Shown: positions 46,841 to 57,474, counted from the stretch's first letter. The stretch: DNA of 64,000 nt from Alloascoidea hylecoeti (GCA_001600815.1 BCKZ01000004.1:1081566-1145565); one strand, 5' to 3'. The notes: generated by a model from the sequence alone, not told the origin. Numbers and translations are program-made.

Positions 46841-47216
46841 AAAAATTAACAAAAGTTCTTGAAAAAGCAGAAAAATGTATGTCAAACAACCCAAAACTAA
46901 GCCTTATCATTTTGCCGTTACCTCCAAGTATATGTGATGACACAGTTGTTAAAACTCTATTAATTGCTCCGTCCGTAAACGAGGTTCACAGTGTTCACAC
47001 AATACCCAGACATGCCGAAGAAGCGGCGAAGAACCCTGAACTTCTTCACCGCTTAGTTATCTACTTCGGCATGTCGACCTTGTTTACGACCAGAGCAAAT
47101 AATGGAGGTTTAACAACTATGCCAATGCTTGGAGGCCTATTTTAAAATGATAGGGCTTAGTTTTGGGTTGTTTGACATACATTTTTCTGCTTTTTCAAGA
47201 ACTTTTGTTAATTTTT
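46841..47216. repeat. Long nested inverted repeat (foldback / rod-like hairpin)
   Basis: Outer arms 46841-46913 and 47144-47216 (73 bp, one mismatch), plus five nested inner stems closing an 8-nt loop at 47034-47041. Confidence 0.95.
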
Positions 47217-47251
47217 CATCGATAAAAGTTTTTATTTTATATTAGGTAGAC

Positions 47252-47338
47252 AACTTTTTTCTTAGTCTCTAGAAAATATGCATGCAACTATATACTATTT
47301 TATAAGGAAATATATCAGCATACAGATGCATACACCCA
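47252..47338 (+). repeat. Dispersed repeat family B, copy 3
   Basis: AACTTTTTTTCTT..TCTCTAGAAAATATGCATGCAACT..TATAAGGAAATATATCAGCATACAGATGCATACACCCA aligns with copies 1 and 2. Confidence 0.7.
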
Positions 47339-48326
47339 CCTAGATATAGATTTTATTGTTAGTATATGTGAAACACGTGATTATATGCAAATGTAACTAC
47401 CACATAGTTTAGAACTGGGGTAAAATAATGGAGGGAAATCACTCATAGAAAGGAAAACCTCTACTTTTTCTTATTTAGATCTCAAATTTTTCTATGCGCA
47501 GACCGAAGTTTTATCTTGCTATCTTTGAACTCAGGGTTGAGATTCTTCACAAAACAAACGAATTATGCCCAACATTTCTTTTTACTCAGACTAACACGCG
47601 ACTTTGTACAATTGCAATAATGAATAATTTCATTTTACAATTTTGCACCAGTCAATGACTTTATTGAAGTCTTAATTATAAGTTTGGTTTTCTGGTAATC
47701 ACAATTGAGTTGCGGCCGTATATCGTGTATAGAATATAGCTGAATAGATCTAGAAAGGTTTCATCCATTGTTTGAGAAAGATTAAATATGTAATTATTAT
47801 AATTGTTGTTTTCAACCATGTAGAGGAATGGTAGATAAAACAAGTTCTAAAATATTAATCTTAGGCCTTTGCATTTCAAAATAAATGGGACGGCTCAGAC
47901 CTTCTAAAGTCAAAGCCGTAGAAGTAGAGACCGTAGACTATATGTAAATCTACAATTTCAACAACACTCTATATAGATTTTACCTATTTATTTATATTCC
48001 TTACCATATATACAATTGATTTTGTAGGTAACGTTTTTATTTGCATATTCGAGATTTCTTTGTTCTTTCCTTTCAATGTTAATATTGATGACCGGAATAA
48101 ATATCAGTTTAATTATGGCGGAGTGGGTCATGATATGCATATGCATGTGGTTGTACTTAGTACTGCCACTGTTTATTAGTCCCCGGCAATGTGATATTTA
48201 TGTATGACAATTGCCGATCCTTCCTTTACATACTTTTCATATAAAATCAACTGTTTTCCTTCTTCATTATTTCCCTCCATCAAATTTATCTTCACCAACC
48301 AACAATCATATTAATATATTTACACC

Positions 48327-48914
48327 ATGCGTTACTCTTCGATCCTTGTTATTTCCGCAGCAGCATTCACTTCCGTTCAAGCCGCTCCAATGCCTGATTT
48401 AGGTGATGATCTTGGTTCTGCCATCAGTAATGTTGTATCAGTAGCTACTGCTATTGCCAGTAGTGCTGAATCTGTTGGAACTAAAATTGCTTCCGGTGCA
48501 GTCTCAGAATTCACAAAAGTCACCTCAAAAGCTGTCAGCGCTGCCACAAATGTAGCCAGTAATGCTGAATCTGAAGCTTCAAAAGCAACTTCAAAAGCTG
48601 CCAGTGCTGCTACAAATATAGCTAGTAATGCTCAATCTGAAGCTTCAAAAGCAACTTCAAAAGCATCAAGTTTGATATCAGCTGGATCAAGTTTAAGATC
48701 AGCTGGATCAAGTTTAATATCAGCTGGATCAAGTTTAAAATCAGTTGGATCAAGTTTAAGATCAGCTGGATCAAGTTTAGGTTCTAGTTCTTCTACAGCT
48801 ACAGCAGGTAACAGCAGTTCCGGTGCTGATTCTATGTTTAGAAAAGAAGGTAATTCTATTATATATGCACCTGCTTTGGCTATTGTTGCAGGAGCTATTC
48901 TCTTTGGGATGTAA
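48327..48914 (+). CDS. Small Ser/Ala-rich secreted, probably GPI-anchored cell-surface protein with tandem repeats
   Basis: Signal peptide MRYSSILVISAAAFTSVQA; 22-aa and 7-aa repeats; C-terminal SSSGA omega-like site followed by a hydrophobic tail (ALAIVAGAILFGM). Confidence 0.85.
   Translation: MRYSSILVISAAAFTSVQAAPMPDLGDDLGSAISNVVSVATAIASSAESVGTKIASGAVSEFTKVTSKAVSAATNVASNAESEASKATSKAASAATNIASNAQSEASKATSKASSLISAGSSLRSAGSSLISAGSSLKSVGSSLRSAGSSLGSSSSTATAGNSSSGADSMFRKEGNSIIYAPALAIVAGAILFGM
48531..48779 (+). repeat. Coding minisatellites: 2 x 66 bp and 5.5 x 21 bp
   Basis: 66-bp units at 48531-48596 and 48597-48662; 21-bp units ATCAAGTTT[A/G]ANATCAG[C/T]TGG from 48665. Confidence 0.92.
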
Positions 48915-49248
48915 ATTTATCACCAAACAATCAAATTTAAAAGTAATTTCTCTGGGGAAAAAAGCATATAGGGATCACATTAATATTAATCATTTATTCA
49001 TTTTAAACTAAATTTTTGCTTTATATATGTTTTTATATACTAATTATGACGTATAATTTTTAATTTATAAAAACTCTTGAGCTCACTAATTATTTATGAT
49101 CGCGTAAAATACGATAAGGCTTATATAATATAGCGTATATCATAATTTGTGTACCTGCTTGGTGCATAAAATTTGTGTCACAAAAGGATTCACAATTGTA
49201 ATCTATGATCTAAATAATGAATTTTCTCTTATATTGGAAGGTTAAAAG

Positions 49249-50179
49249 TTAAACAATTTGAAGAGGATCTTTATCACTTTGTGATAAAACAACAATATCT
49301 GAATCATCCAAAACTTCTTTTAATTGTTTTTGTAATATTTTTAAAAATCCACGTTCTGTATTTGAATGACCACAAATAATTGCACTTTGACCACCCTCAA
49401 CCATTGATAATGCTTCATGATGACCAATTTCTCCGGTGAAAAATAAATCCGCTTTGACTCCTCTAAATAACGAACCTCCTGATCCTGCACATATTGCTAT
49501 TGTTGAAATTGGTGTTCCGGTTGAGTGTTTTTTGGAGATGGCTGCCTGGACTATAAATTAAAAGAAAATAATTAGTTATGATTATAGGTAAACAACAAAG
49601 GGAGTAGGGGAAAAAACACGTACTATTTTTCATGCCTAAAAGAGTTTTAACTCTATTTAACAAGACATCAAAATCAACAGGTTCTTTTAAATTAATAATA
49701 CGACCCATTCCACCATTTTCATGACCTTTAATATTTTCAATTCCAGGAACAGATTCAAGAATATTTCTTGATGATTCAAATTTTAAACCACCTGAAATTC
49801 CGTCAGCTAACCAATCATTTACACCACCGATTGCGGCATCGATTGCAGTATGGGGACAATAAACAGATATACCAGATTGTGTTAAACGAATTAAAGAATT
49901 TTGTTGAGAATTTGTTAATGAGATTGATTTTAAAGGTCTAAAAATAAATGGATGGTATGCTAAAATAAGTGATGCTTTTTGTTCAATTGCTTCATCTGCT
50001 ACTGAACTTGTTAAATCAATTGTTAATAGGATTTTAGTAGGTGATGATGAAGATGTTGATGAAGTTGGGAATGGACAGTCTAATAATAAACCAGTATTAT
50101 CCCAAGTTTTATCTGCTAAAGATGTAGGATATAACTTTTGAATGGCTGTTACGATTCTTTTCAAAGATGGAGTTGACAT
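49249..50179 (-). CDS. NIF3: NIF3/YbgI (GTP cyclohydrolase I type 2 family) protein, 2 exons
   Basis: Exons 50179-49624 and 49550-49249; intron GTACGT..AACTAAT..TAG. Motifs WDNTGLL, AYHPFIF and PHTAIDA; exon 2 supplies AICAGSGGS, TGEIGHHE and HSNTERGFL. Confidence 0.95.
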
Positions 50180-50306
50180 ATTAAATTATGTTATGTAAAA
50201 GTGAATTTTTTTTTTTTTGGTGTTGTTTTTTCTTAATTTTTAACACCACTTATCAGATCCATCATATACGTACCCTGGTTCATCCATCAGCAACAGACAT
50301 TTTAAT

Positions 50307-50686
50307 ATGGTTGTCACATCAGAAGAAATAGATTTCATTTTAAGAAGTCAACTTGAAGCAACCCATACTATTATAAATGATACATCCGGTATGTTTTATT
50401 TTACTTTCTTCTAAGTGTGATTTGCTGATTTGTAAGCATCATCATAAAGATCAAGCAATTTATAATTGAAAATTAATATGAAAGCTAACTATATATTCGG
50501 AAATTAGGAGGATGTGGACAAGCATTTGAAGCTATTATTGTATCACCTAAATTCAAAGGAAAATCACCAATTATGAGACATCGACTTGTTAATGGAGTTT
50601 TAAAAGAACAGATTGCTCAGATACATGCTTTCACCCAACGGGGTTTTACACCAGAAGAATACGCAAGGAAATTTGGAACAAATTAG
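50307..50686 (+). CDS. BOL2: Cytosolic BolA protein (Fra2/Bol2), 2 exons (missing from ORF track)
   Basis: Exons 50307-50388 and 50508-50686; intron GTATGT..GCTAAC..TAG. 86 aa with DTSGGCGQAF, RHRLVN and IHAFT. Confidence 0.92.
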
Positions 50687-50869
50687 AATAAAATTTTAAA
50701 ACAAATAAATATATATATTAATGGATATTAATTATAATCATAGCTTTATAATTTATAAATGAAACAACTAATGAAAAATCAATCGATTAACCAGAAATAA
50801 ACTTGCAAAATCAAAACCTTTATTCCCATACATGCTTAAATAAATATGCAAACAAATTATACAGTATAA

Positions 50870-51484
50870 TCATCTTATTTCCATACTTTGATTCTAATAA
50901 GGCTAGTCATTGCAAGGAGTCATTGTTAAATTCCCCTTAACTGCATTACCATCGCTAAAAGGATCTCCCCCGTCATATTCAACCCTCTCGTAAGTGTTCG
51001 AAAGGATGATATACTTTAATTAAACCAAAATTATTAGGAATATAAAATTTGTACTTCCCCGATAAGTCTTATTTTTATCACTTATAAAATTTTATTTAAT
51101 ATATACAGTGGATTGATGCTATACCATCTGATCTTCTAATCGAAAGAAATTGATTGCCTTTTAATTTTAAAACGATTTAATAATTCTTTTAATTAGCTTG
51201 TCTCTTCAGAACTTCATTTTATTAACCAATATTTCTTGACGTTGAGTCATTTGTAATGGATCTTAGATAAATTGTTTCATAATTGACTATGCATATCAGA
51301 ACCCAGCTTGAATCACTAACTTCACTGCTACTCTTATCATTTAAACCAGCCATTAAATGAAGAAACAGTATGAGTATCACGTTCACGTTCCTAACTTCGC
51401 CTCTCTGTGCGTCTTCGGCTTGACACTTTTCTGTTCCCGAAGAACGCTGGTGGCCCGAATCCGCAGCTCTTCCTCGGCATGCAT
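50870..51484 (-). pseudogene. Deleted and frameshifted third copy of the Gid4/Gid10-like paralogs
   Basis: Fragments in paralog order on the minus strand: MHAEEELRIRATSVLREQK (from 51484), MAGLNDKSSSEVSD..ETIYLRSITNDSTSRN (51353-51225), SIRRSDG (~51142-51122), and the C-terminal codons plus stop (50870-50950). About 615 bp against 1.7-2.1 kb, with stops. Confidence 0.85.
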
Positions 51485-51911
51485 TTTGCTTTGCAGTAAA
51501 TAAGGGAGGTGTAGATTTATAACGTACTCTTCAATAATAGTAAATATTAGTAATCTATCAATATGTCATCTTCCTGGGAAACCAAAAGTTTTTGTTTTGT
51601 TTAATTAAATTCTCCAATTGTAGGAATTTTATTTGGCCCATTCCTTATGGAAGGAAGGTCTGGGAACGACGGAATCTTAGTATGGGATATTTCAGTTGGG
51701 CTTCAAAAGTGGGGATATCTAATCTCAAAAGCTGATAATCATTTACCGCTTTGAATTTAGGCCAAGGAAAACTATACTCAAGGAACTATTATTATAGCTT
51801 ATACAATTGTAATGATATCGATAGTTTTGTAGTTTACATGAACAGTAGAAACTAGGCACTGAAAAATCAAAACGCTTAAATAAATAATTTTATAGAAAAA
51901 AATATATATAT

Positions 51912-53096
51912 TCATCTCATTTCTATACTTTGATTATAATAAGGCATACCATTACAAGGAATCATTGTTAAACTTCCCTTAAATGCATTATCATCTTTAC
52001 CATCATCTTTATCGATATCATCACCATCATCATCATCATCATTATCATCACCATCACCATCATCATCATTATCATCATCATTATCATCATCATCATCATC
52101 ATCACCACCATGAAGTCGTTCTGCTATTCTAGCAGTCATTGCAGCAGATACATAACGAGCAGCATAATGCCTATTAGCATAAGTTGTACTTAGAGATGTA
52201 TTTCCATTTATTATATAAATTGATGCATTACCATCTGATCTTCTAATTGAAAAAAATAAAACTGATCTTCCTAAATCGGTTACATCTTTATTAATCATTT
52301 GATTATAAATAGGAGAAGTTGTTTCAATTATTTCTTTAACATTTGAAAAAATAAATTTAATAAAAATATAATTTTTTAAAATTTCTTCAATTTTTGAAAG
52401 ATTTGTTAAATCATCAAGCATTGTTTTTGAATCTTTATATTTATTAAATGGTTCAATATTTTTCCATGCTTCAATTTGTGGAAATATTAAATCAGAACTT
52501 TCTGTACCTGATCTTCTTGATTGATAATTACTAACTATTGTTGTTGCTGGTCTCAATGCTGTTGGTGTTGTGGTTGGTGTTGCTGTTTCCGTTGATGTAG
52601 ATGAACTTGAATTTCCGCTCTGTTTAAACCACCTTAAGTCATTATTCATAAAATCAATAATTGAACCAGTTAAATCAAAAGTAACTTCATTTTCTTTTAA
52701 TGCTGATCTTTGATTTAAATGAATATTACGAAATAATTGATGGTTTGATTGGCCTGAACTAAGATAATATCTCATTAAAAATTGATTAGTTGTTTTTCCT
52801 GAACAATGAACTTGTCTTGTTTTATAATTAACTTGATTAATATTTATTTCAAAAGAATTTGAATCTAATTTATTAGTAATATTCGTTGCTGACGATACAT
52901 TATAAGTTATACCAGGTGTTAAAAATGAACAAAAATCAACTGTATTTAAATTTAAATTTAAATTCTTTTCATAAATTGATTTTCTTTTAATTTTAAAATC
53001 ATTTAATAAATTTTCTAAATTTTTTCTTCTTCTTTTTCTTGAATTTATTTCTTTATCATCATCATTATTAATATTATTAGAAGTATTAATTTGTGA

Positions 53097-53135
<39 letters not shown>

Positions 53136-54029
53136 ATTTTCATGTGAGTTTCTTCTTTCTTGTTCAATAGTCCTTCTCCCTTCCTCAAGACTCCTATCAT
53201 GTTCAATTCTTGAACTAATATTTCTTGTTAAATTATTTACACTAGCATTAATTGAATTTAAATTGAAAATTATTCCTTCTTCTTCAAGACGTCTTCTTTC
53301 TTGCTCAAGATATATTGTAGCGGAACTAGTATTTCTTGAAGTTAAATCATTTATACTGTTGTTATTAATTGATCTTAAATGAAAACCTCTTCTTTCTTGA
53401 TCAAGATTTCTTGAACCCGAACCAGCATTTCTTGAAGTTGAATCATTTGTAGTATTATTATTGATTGATCTTAATTGAAGACTTCTTCTTTCTTCTTCAA
53501 AACGTCTTGTTTCTTGTTCAATAATTCTTCTTCCTTGCTCAAGACTCCTTCTTTCTTGTTCAATTCTTGAAGTTAAATCATTTGTATTAATTGGTCTTAA
53601 AAGAATTGTTTGATTAGTGGCTGTATCATAACCTGGGCTTGAAGAATCACTGATTTCACTACCACCATCCTCATTTACACCAGGAAATATATTGGTATTA
53701 CTGGCAATATTATTCATATCAGCAACAATAACTTCGAATTGACCTTCGATATTTCTTAATAAATTATTAAAAGAAGATAAACTTTGTCTTCGTCTTTCAT
53801 AAGTTTCTGATTCAGTTGGATTTCCTGAACCATTAGTTGATGGTAATCTTCTAGAATTTGATAAATCCCAAAAAATAGGTGCTGTATTAATATTATTAGT
53901 ATTTGAGGGTTGATAATTAGGCAATCCTGGTTCCATTTGTCTCCGGTAACGTTCCATCATTTGTCTCCGATTCTCTCGGACACGTCTGAATGATTGGTCT
54001 TGTTCTTGATTTGCGCGGTTTTGGTCCAT
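51912..54029 (-). CDS. Divergent Gid4/Gid10 (Vid24, Vac_ImportDeg)-like protein, paralog 1
   Basis: Disordered N-terminal half, then CSFLTPG, FEININQVNY, LTGSIIDF, WKNIEPF, YIFIKF, FSIRRSDG and terminal QSIEMR in the order of Gid4-family motifs. The ORF is secure; the family call is by motif recall. Confidence 0.65.
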
Positions 54030-55770
54030 TTTTTTGTTTTATTTTTTCCAAAGAAACTAAATATGAAATTTGGAAATGGAATAAAAGATCGGGAGTGTGG
54101 ATGTCAAGCGAACATTACCTAATTCTTATCTGATAACAATAACCTTTTTTCGAAAATTCATACAAACGCTTTTCTCTCTACTTTCAACTTCAAATTTTTT
54201 ATAATTTTTATATCCACAATCTTCGCATCTCAATATTTCCTATTTCCAATTTTAAGAAAAAGTTATACAATGGCTATAAAAATATCCGTCTTTTTACATT
54301 TGTATTGTTACCCGGATTATATATATATAGTTTATTAGTTTAAGATGGAAAGAACGTTTAGTGAGATTTGTAGGTGTATTTCGCCATATTGGAAACTCTA
54401 AATTAGGTGTTTGGAAGATTATTAGTTCGCCGTAAAGTTTTAGTTCATGTCGCTGCAGAATTGATTTACAGTTTGTCCCCATATTCAACGCATGTATAAA
54501 TGTTCTTTCGCCACACATGAAGTAAATAGTTAGTTTCTTGGGTGAAATAGGGTTCGTGATGTTTTTTATTCTATTTCATCATCAAGTCTCATTTTTCTAC
54601 CAGTGCCCGAGGATCCCTTTGAAACTATAAGTGGAATTCTAAGAAGCGAAGGGAATTAATTATACACAATTATACGGAGATCAAAAAGAGAGAGATGTAT
54701 GTCGGAAGCTTGGAGCTAGTGAGCTCAATACTCCAAGATTTAAAAGACAAAATTTCGAACATGTATTGTCATAATTATGAGATTTTAATTAACTATATTT
54801 TAGCAATACCATTTTTAATAGTTTATATTCATTGCTGTTTTTACAATTTGTGGTTGAAGTGTAATAATTTTTGGCGGACCACTTCGGACTTTTTCCCTTT
54901 AATGATGCTATACCTATCTTAGACTGTTCACAGGGACAAACTAAGCTTAAGCTCAGGTGAAATCTTACAAACCTTTCGTAAAATATAATTCAGAAGCTAA
55001 AAATATAGAAATCAACTAAAATAATTACTAGGAAAAAAATTACTTGGAAAAGAAGTTAATTATAATCGTAGGATTATGTTTAAATAAAGATGTTTTGTCA
55101 GAGTTGGAGTTTAAAACGATGTGCACTTAATATTCTCGAAATAGAGAAGACCATAGTCAGGTATTGCAATGCTCCAAAAAGTTATTTGAAAAACTAAGCG
55201 CCGAATAAATAATAAAAATTTATCAATTCCATTAGAAGATGAAAAACAATATATCTTAAAGATTTGTGATCCATATTGTGCTTCACTGGGCCAGAGGTCT
55301 AACTCAAATGCCTATAAAGTGTGTTCCAAATTTAATCTGTTTTGGATTTATCAAATTCATATCTGACTCTGCTACTGAAGTGAGAATGGAATGTTGATGA
55401 CTTCTTATAATCATATCTACGTCTTATTCAACACAATCCGCCTAAAGTTACCCTCACATTTATTCAAAACAACCCCAATTCATATTTCATATGCCTCATC
55501 TCACTTTATATCTTTACTATCATCATTTAACAGAGAACTATATGCTCTAGAATCCTCGAGATCTATTATACCTTATGCCACCTACGTTGTTACACCTTAT
55601 ATATTAATCGATATTAATTGTAATGATAGTATATATAATTTACATGAACAATTAATAAAACTAGAAAAATCAAAATCAAAATCGGAACCAAAACCAAAAC
55701 CAAAACCATTATCCATATACGTAACTTAAATAAACAATTAAATAAATAAATATGCCAAAAAATTATATAA

Positions 55771-57474
55771 TCATCTCATTTCTATACTTTGATTATAATA
55801 AGGGGTACCATTACAAGGAATCATTGTTAAATTTCCCTTAATTCCATTATCATCCATATCTATATCATCATCCATACCACGAGTCTCTTCATAAAGTCTT
55901 CTTATAGCAGATCTAGATGTATAACGGCCAGTTACTTGATTTAAAGAATAATTATGACGATCTTTAGTTAAACCAATATTTTCATTTAATAAATAACTTG
56001 ATGAGTTACCATCTGATCTTCTAATTGAAAAAAATAAAATTGAATTTTTTAAATCATTTACATCTTTATTCACAATTTCATTATAAATATCATTTGAAGT
56101 TTCTTTTAATTCTTTAACATTTAAAAAATTAAATTTTATAAAAATATAATTTGATAAAATTTCTTTAATTTTTGATAAATTTGTTAAATCATTAATTAAT
56201 GATTTTAAATCTTTATATTTGTTAAAAGGTTCAATATTTTTCCAAATTTCAATTTGTTGGAATATTAAATCATATGTTTCAATATTAATATCTTTTCTTG
56301 TTCTTCTTGTATATGAATTACCTGTTATTGTCGATGTTCCTATTGATAATGATGATGATTCTGAATTTGAATTTTTTGATGAAGTAATCCATCTTAAATC
56401 ATCATTAACGAAATCAATAATTGTACCAGTTAAATCGAAAGTAACTTCACTTTTTTTAACCGCTGTTCTTGATCCTCTATCAAAATCAAAAGCATGAAAT
56501 AATTGATGACTTGATTGATCTGAACTAAGATAATATCTCATTAAAAATTGATTAGTTGTATTTCCTGAGCAATGAATTTTTCTTGTTTTATAATTAACTT
56601 GATTAAAAATAAATTTAAAAGAATTTGAATTTAAATTTGAATTAGTTGTTGTTGATAATAAATTATAAGTTATACCAGGAATTAAAAATGAACAAAAATC
56701 AATTGTATTATTTAAATTTAAATTTAAATTTTTATAATAAATTGATTGTCTTTTAGTTTTAAAATTATTTAATAAATTTTCTAAATTTTTTCTTTTTCTT
56801 TTTTTTGAATTTAATTCTTTATCATTATCATCATCAATATTATTATTATTATCATTATCATTATAATCAGGAACATTAAGATGTAAGTCACTATGTATAC
56901 GAAAGAAATCATTAAGTGAATTTGAAATTATTCTTTCTTCTTCGACATTTCTTGTAGCAACATTTCTTGAAGTTAAATCATCTGTACTATTATTATTGTT
57001 AATGGTTCTTAAATGAATTGTTTGATTAGTGACTGTATCAGAACTTGAGCTTGAAACATCACTAACCTCGCTACCACCATCTTCATTTACACCAGCTAAA
57101 GTTGTATCTCTGATATTATTAGCACTAGTTGGATTAGAATTATTATCCCTATTACGAATAATGTCAAATTGATCTTCCATATTTCTTAATAAATTATTAT
57201 AAGATGCTAAATTTAGTCGTTGTCTTTGATAAAGAGATTGTGAAGTCGTAGGTGTTCGTAAAGTATTAGTTGTCGGTAATCTAGCAGAGTTGGATATATT
57301 CCATAAACTGGGTAAAGTTTGAGGATTATTATTTGAGGGTTGAGAATTAATGTTAACTATAGATGTTCTTGGTTGTAATTGTCTCCTGCGACGTTCCACT
57401 ATATGTCTTCGCTGCTCTCGAAGAAGCCTGCTTGCTTCAAAGCGTTGTTCTTGAGTTGGCACGTTTGGTTCCAT
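55771..57474 (-). CDS. Divergent Gid4/Gid10 (Vid24)-like protein, paralog 2
   Basis: Clear paralog of 51912-54029 (CSFLIPG, LTGTIIDF, WKNIEPF, YIFIKF, FSIRRSDG, YYNQSIEMR). Confidence 0.65.
   Translation of the reverse strand: MEPNVPTQEQRFEASRLLREQRRHIVERRRRQLQPRTSIVNINSQPSNNNPQTLPSLWNISNSARLPTTNTLRTPTTSQSLYQRQRLNLASYNNLLRNMEDQFDIIRNRDNNSNPTSANNIRDTTLAGVNEDGGSEVSDVSSSSSDTVTNQTIHLRTINNNNSTDDLTSRNVATRNVEEERIISNSLNDFFRIHSDLHLNVPDYNDNDNNNNIDDDNDKELNSKKRKRKNLENLLNNFKTKRQSIYYKNLNLNLNNTIDFCSFLIPGITYNLLSTTTNSNLNSNSFKFIFNQVNYKTRKIHCSGNTTNQFLMRYYLSSDQSSHQLFHAFDFDRGSRTAVKKSEVTFDLTGTIIDFVNDDLRWITSSKNSNSESSSLSIGTSTITGNSYTRRTRKDINIETYDLIFQQIEIWKNIEPFNKYKDLKSLINDLTNLSKIKEILSNYIFIKFNFLNVKELKETSNDIYNEIVNKDVNDLKNSILFFSIRRSDGNSSSYLLNENIGLTKDRHNYSLNQVTGRYTSRSAIRRLYEETRGMDDDIDMDDNGIKGNLTMIPCNGTPYYNQSIEMR

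Noticed and set aside
46934..47041. C/D snoRNA (GTGATGA...CTGA), ribozyme, or telomerase-template-like GAACCCTGAAC within the hairpin
   Set aside because: No rRNA complement recognised and no complete hammerhead or hairpin ribozyme core. The putative template sits in a tight apical loop. An Rfam search is still worthwhile.
46879..47145. 88-aa ORF spanning the hairpin
   Set aside because: No recognisable motif; the mirror ORF on the other arm stops after 13 codons; likely a by-product of the GC-richer core.
39019..47375. Several TGAAACA (Ste12 PRE-like) motifs in the desert
   Set aside because: AT-rich 7-mer; the count is not clearly above background.
47709..47724. Resemblance to the 5' end of 5S rRNA (GTTGCGGCC)
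   Set aside because: The match ends after about 10 nt.
48665..48779. 21-bp repeats as a CRISPR-like array
   Set aside because: No spacers; it is an in-frame coding minisatellite in a eukaryotic gene.
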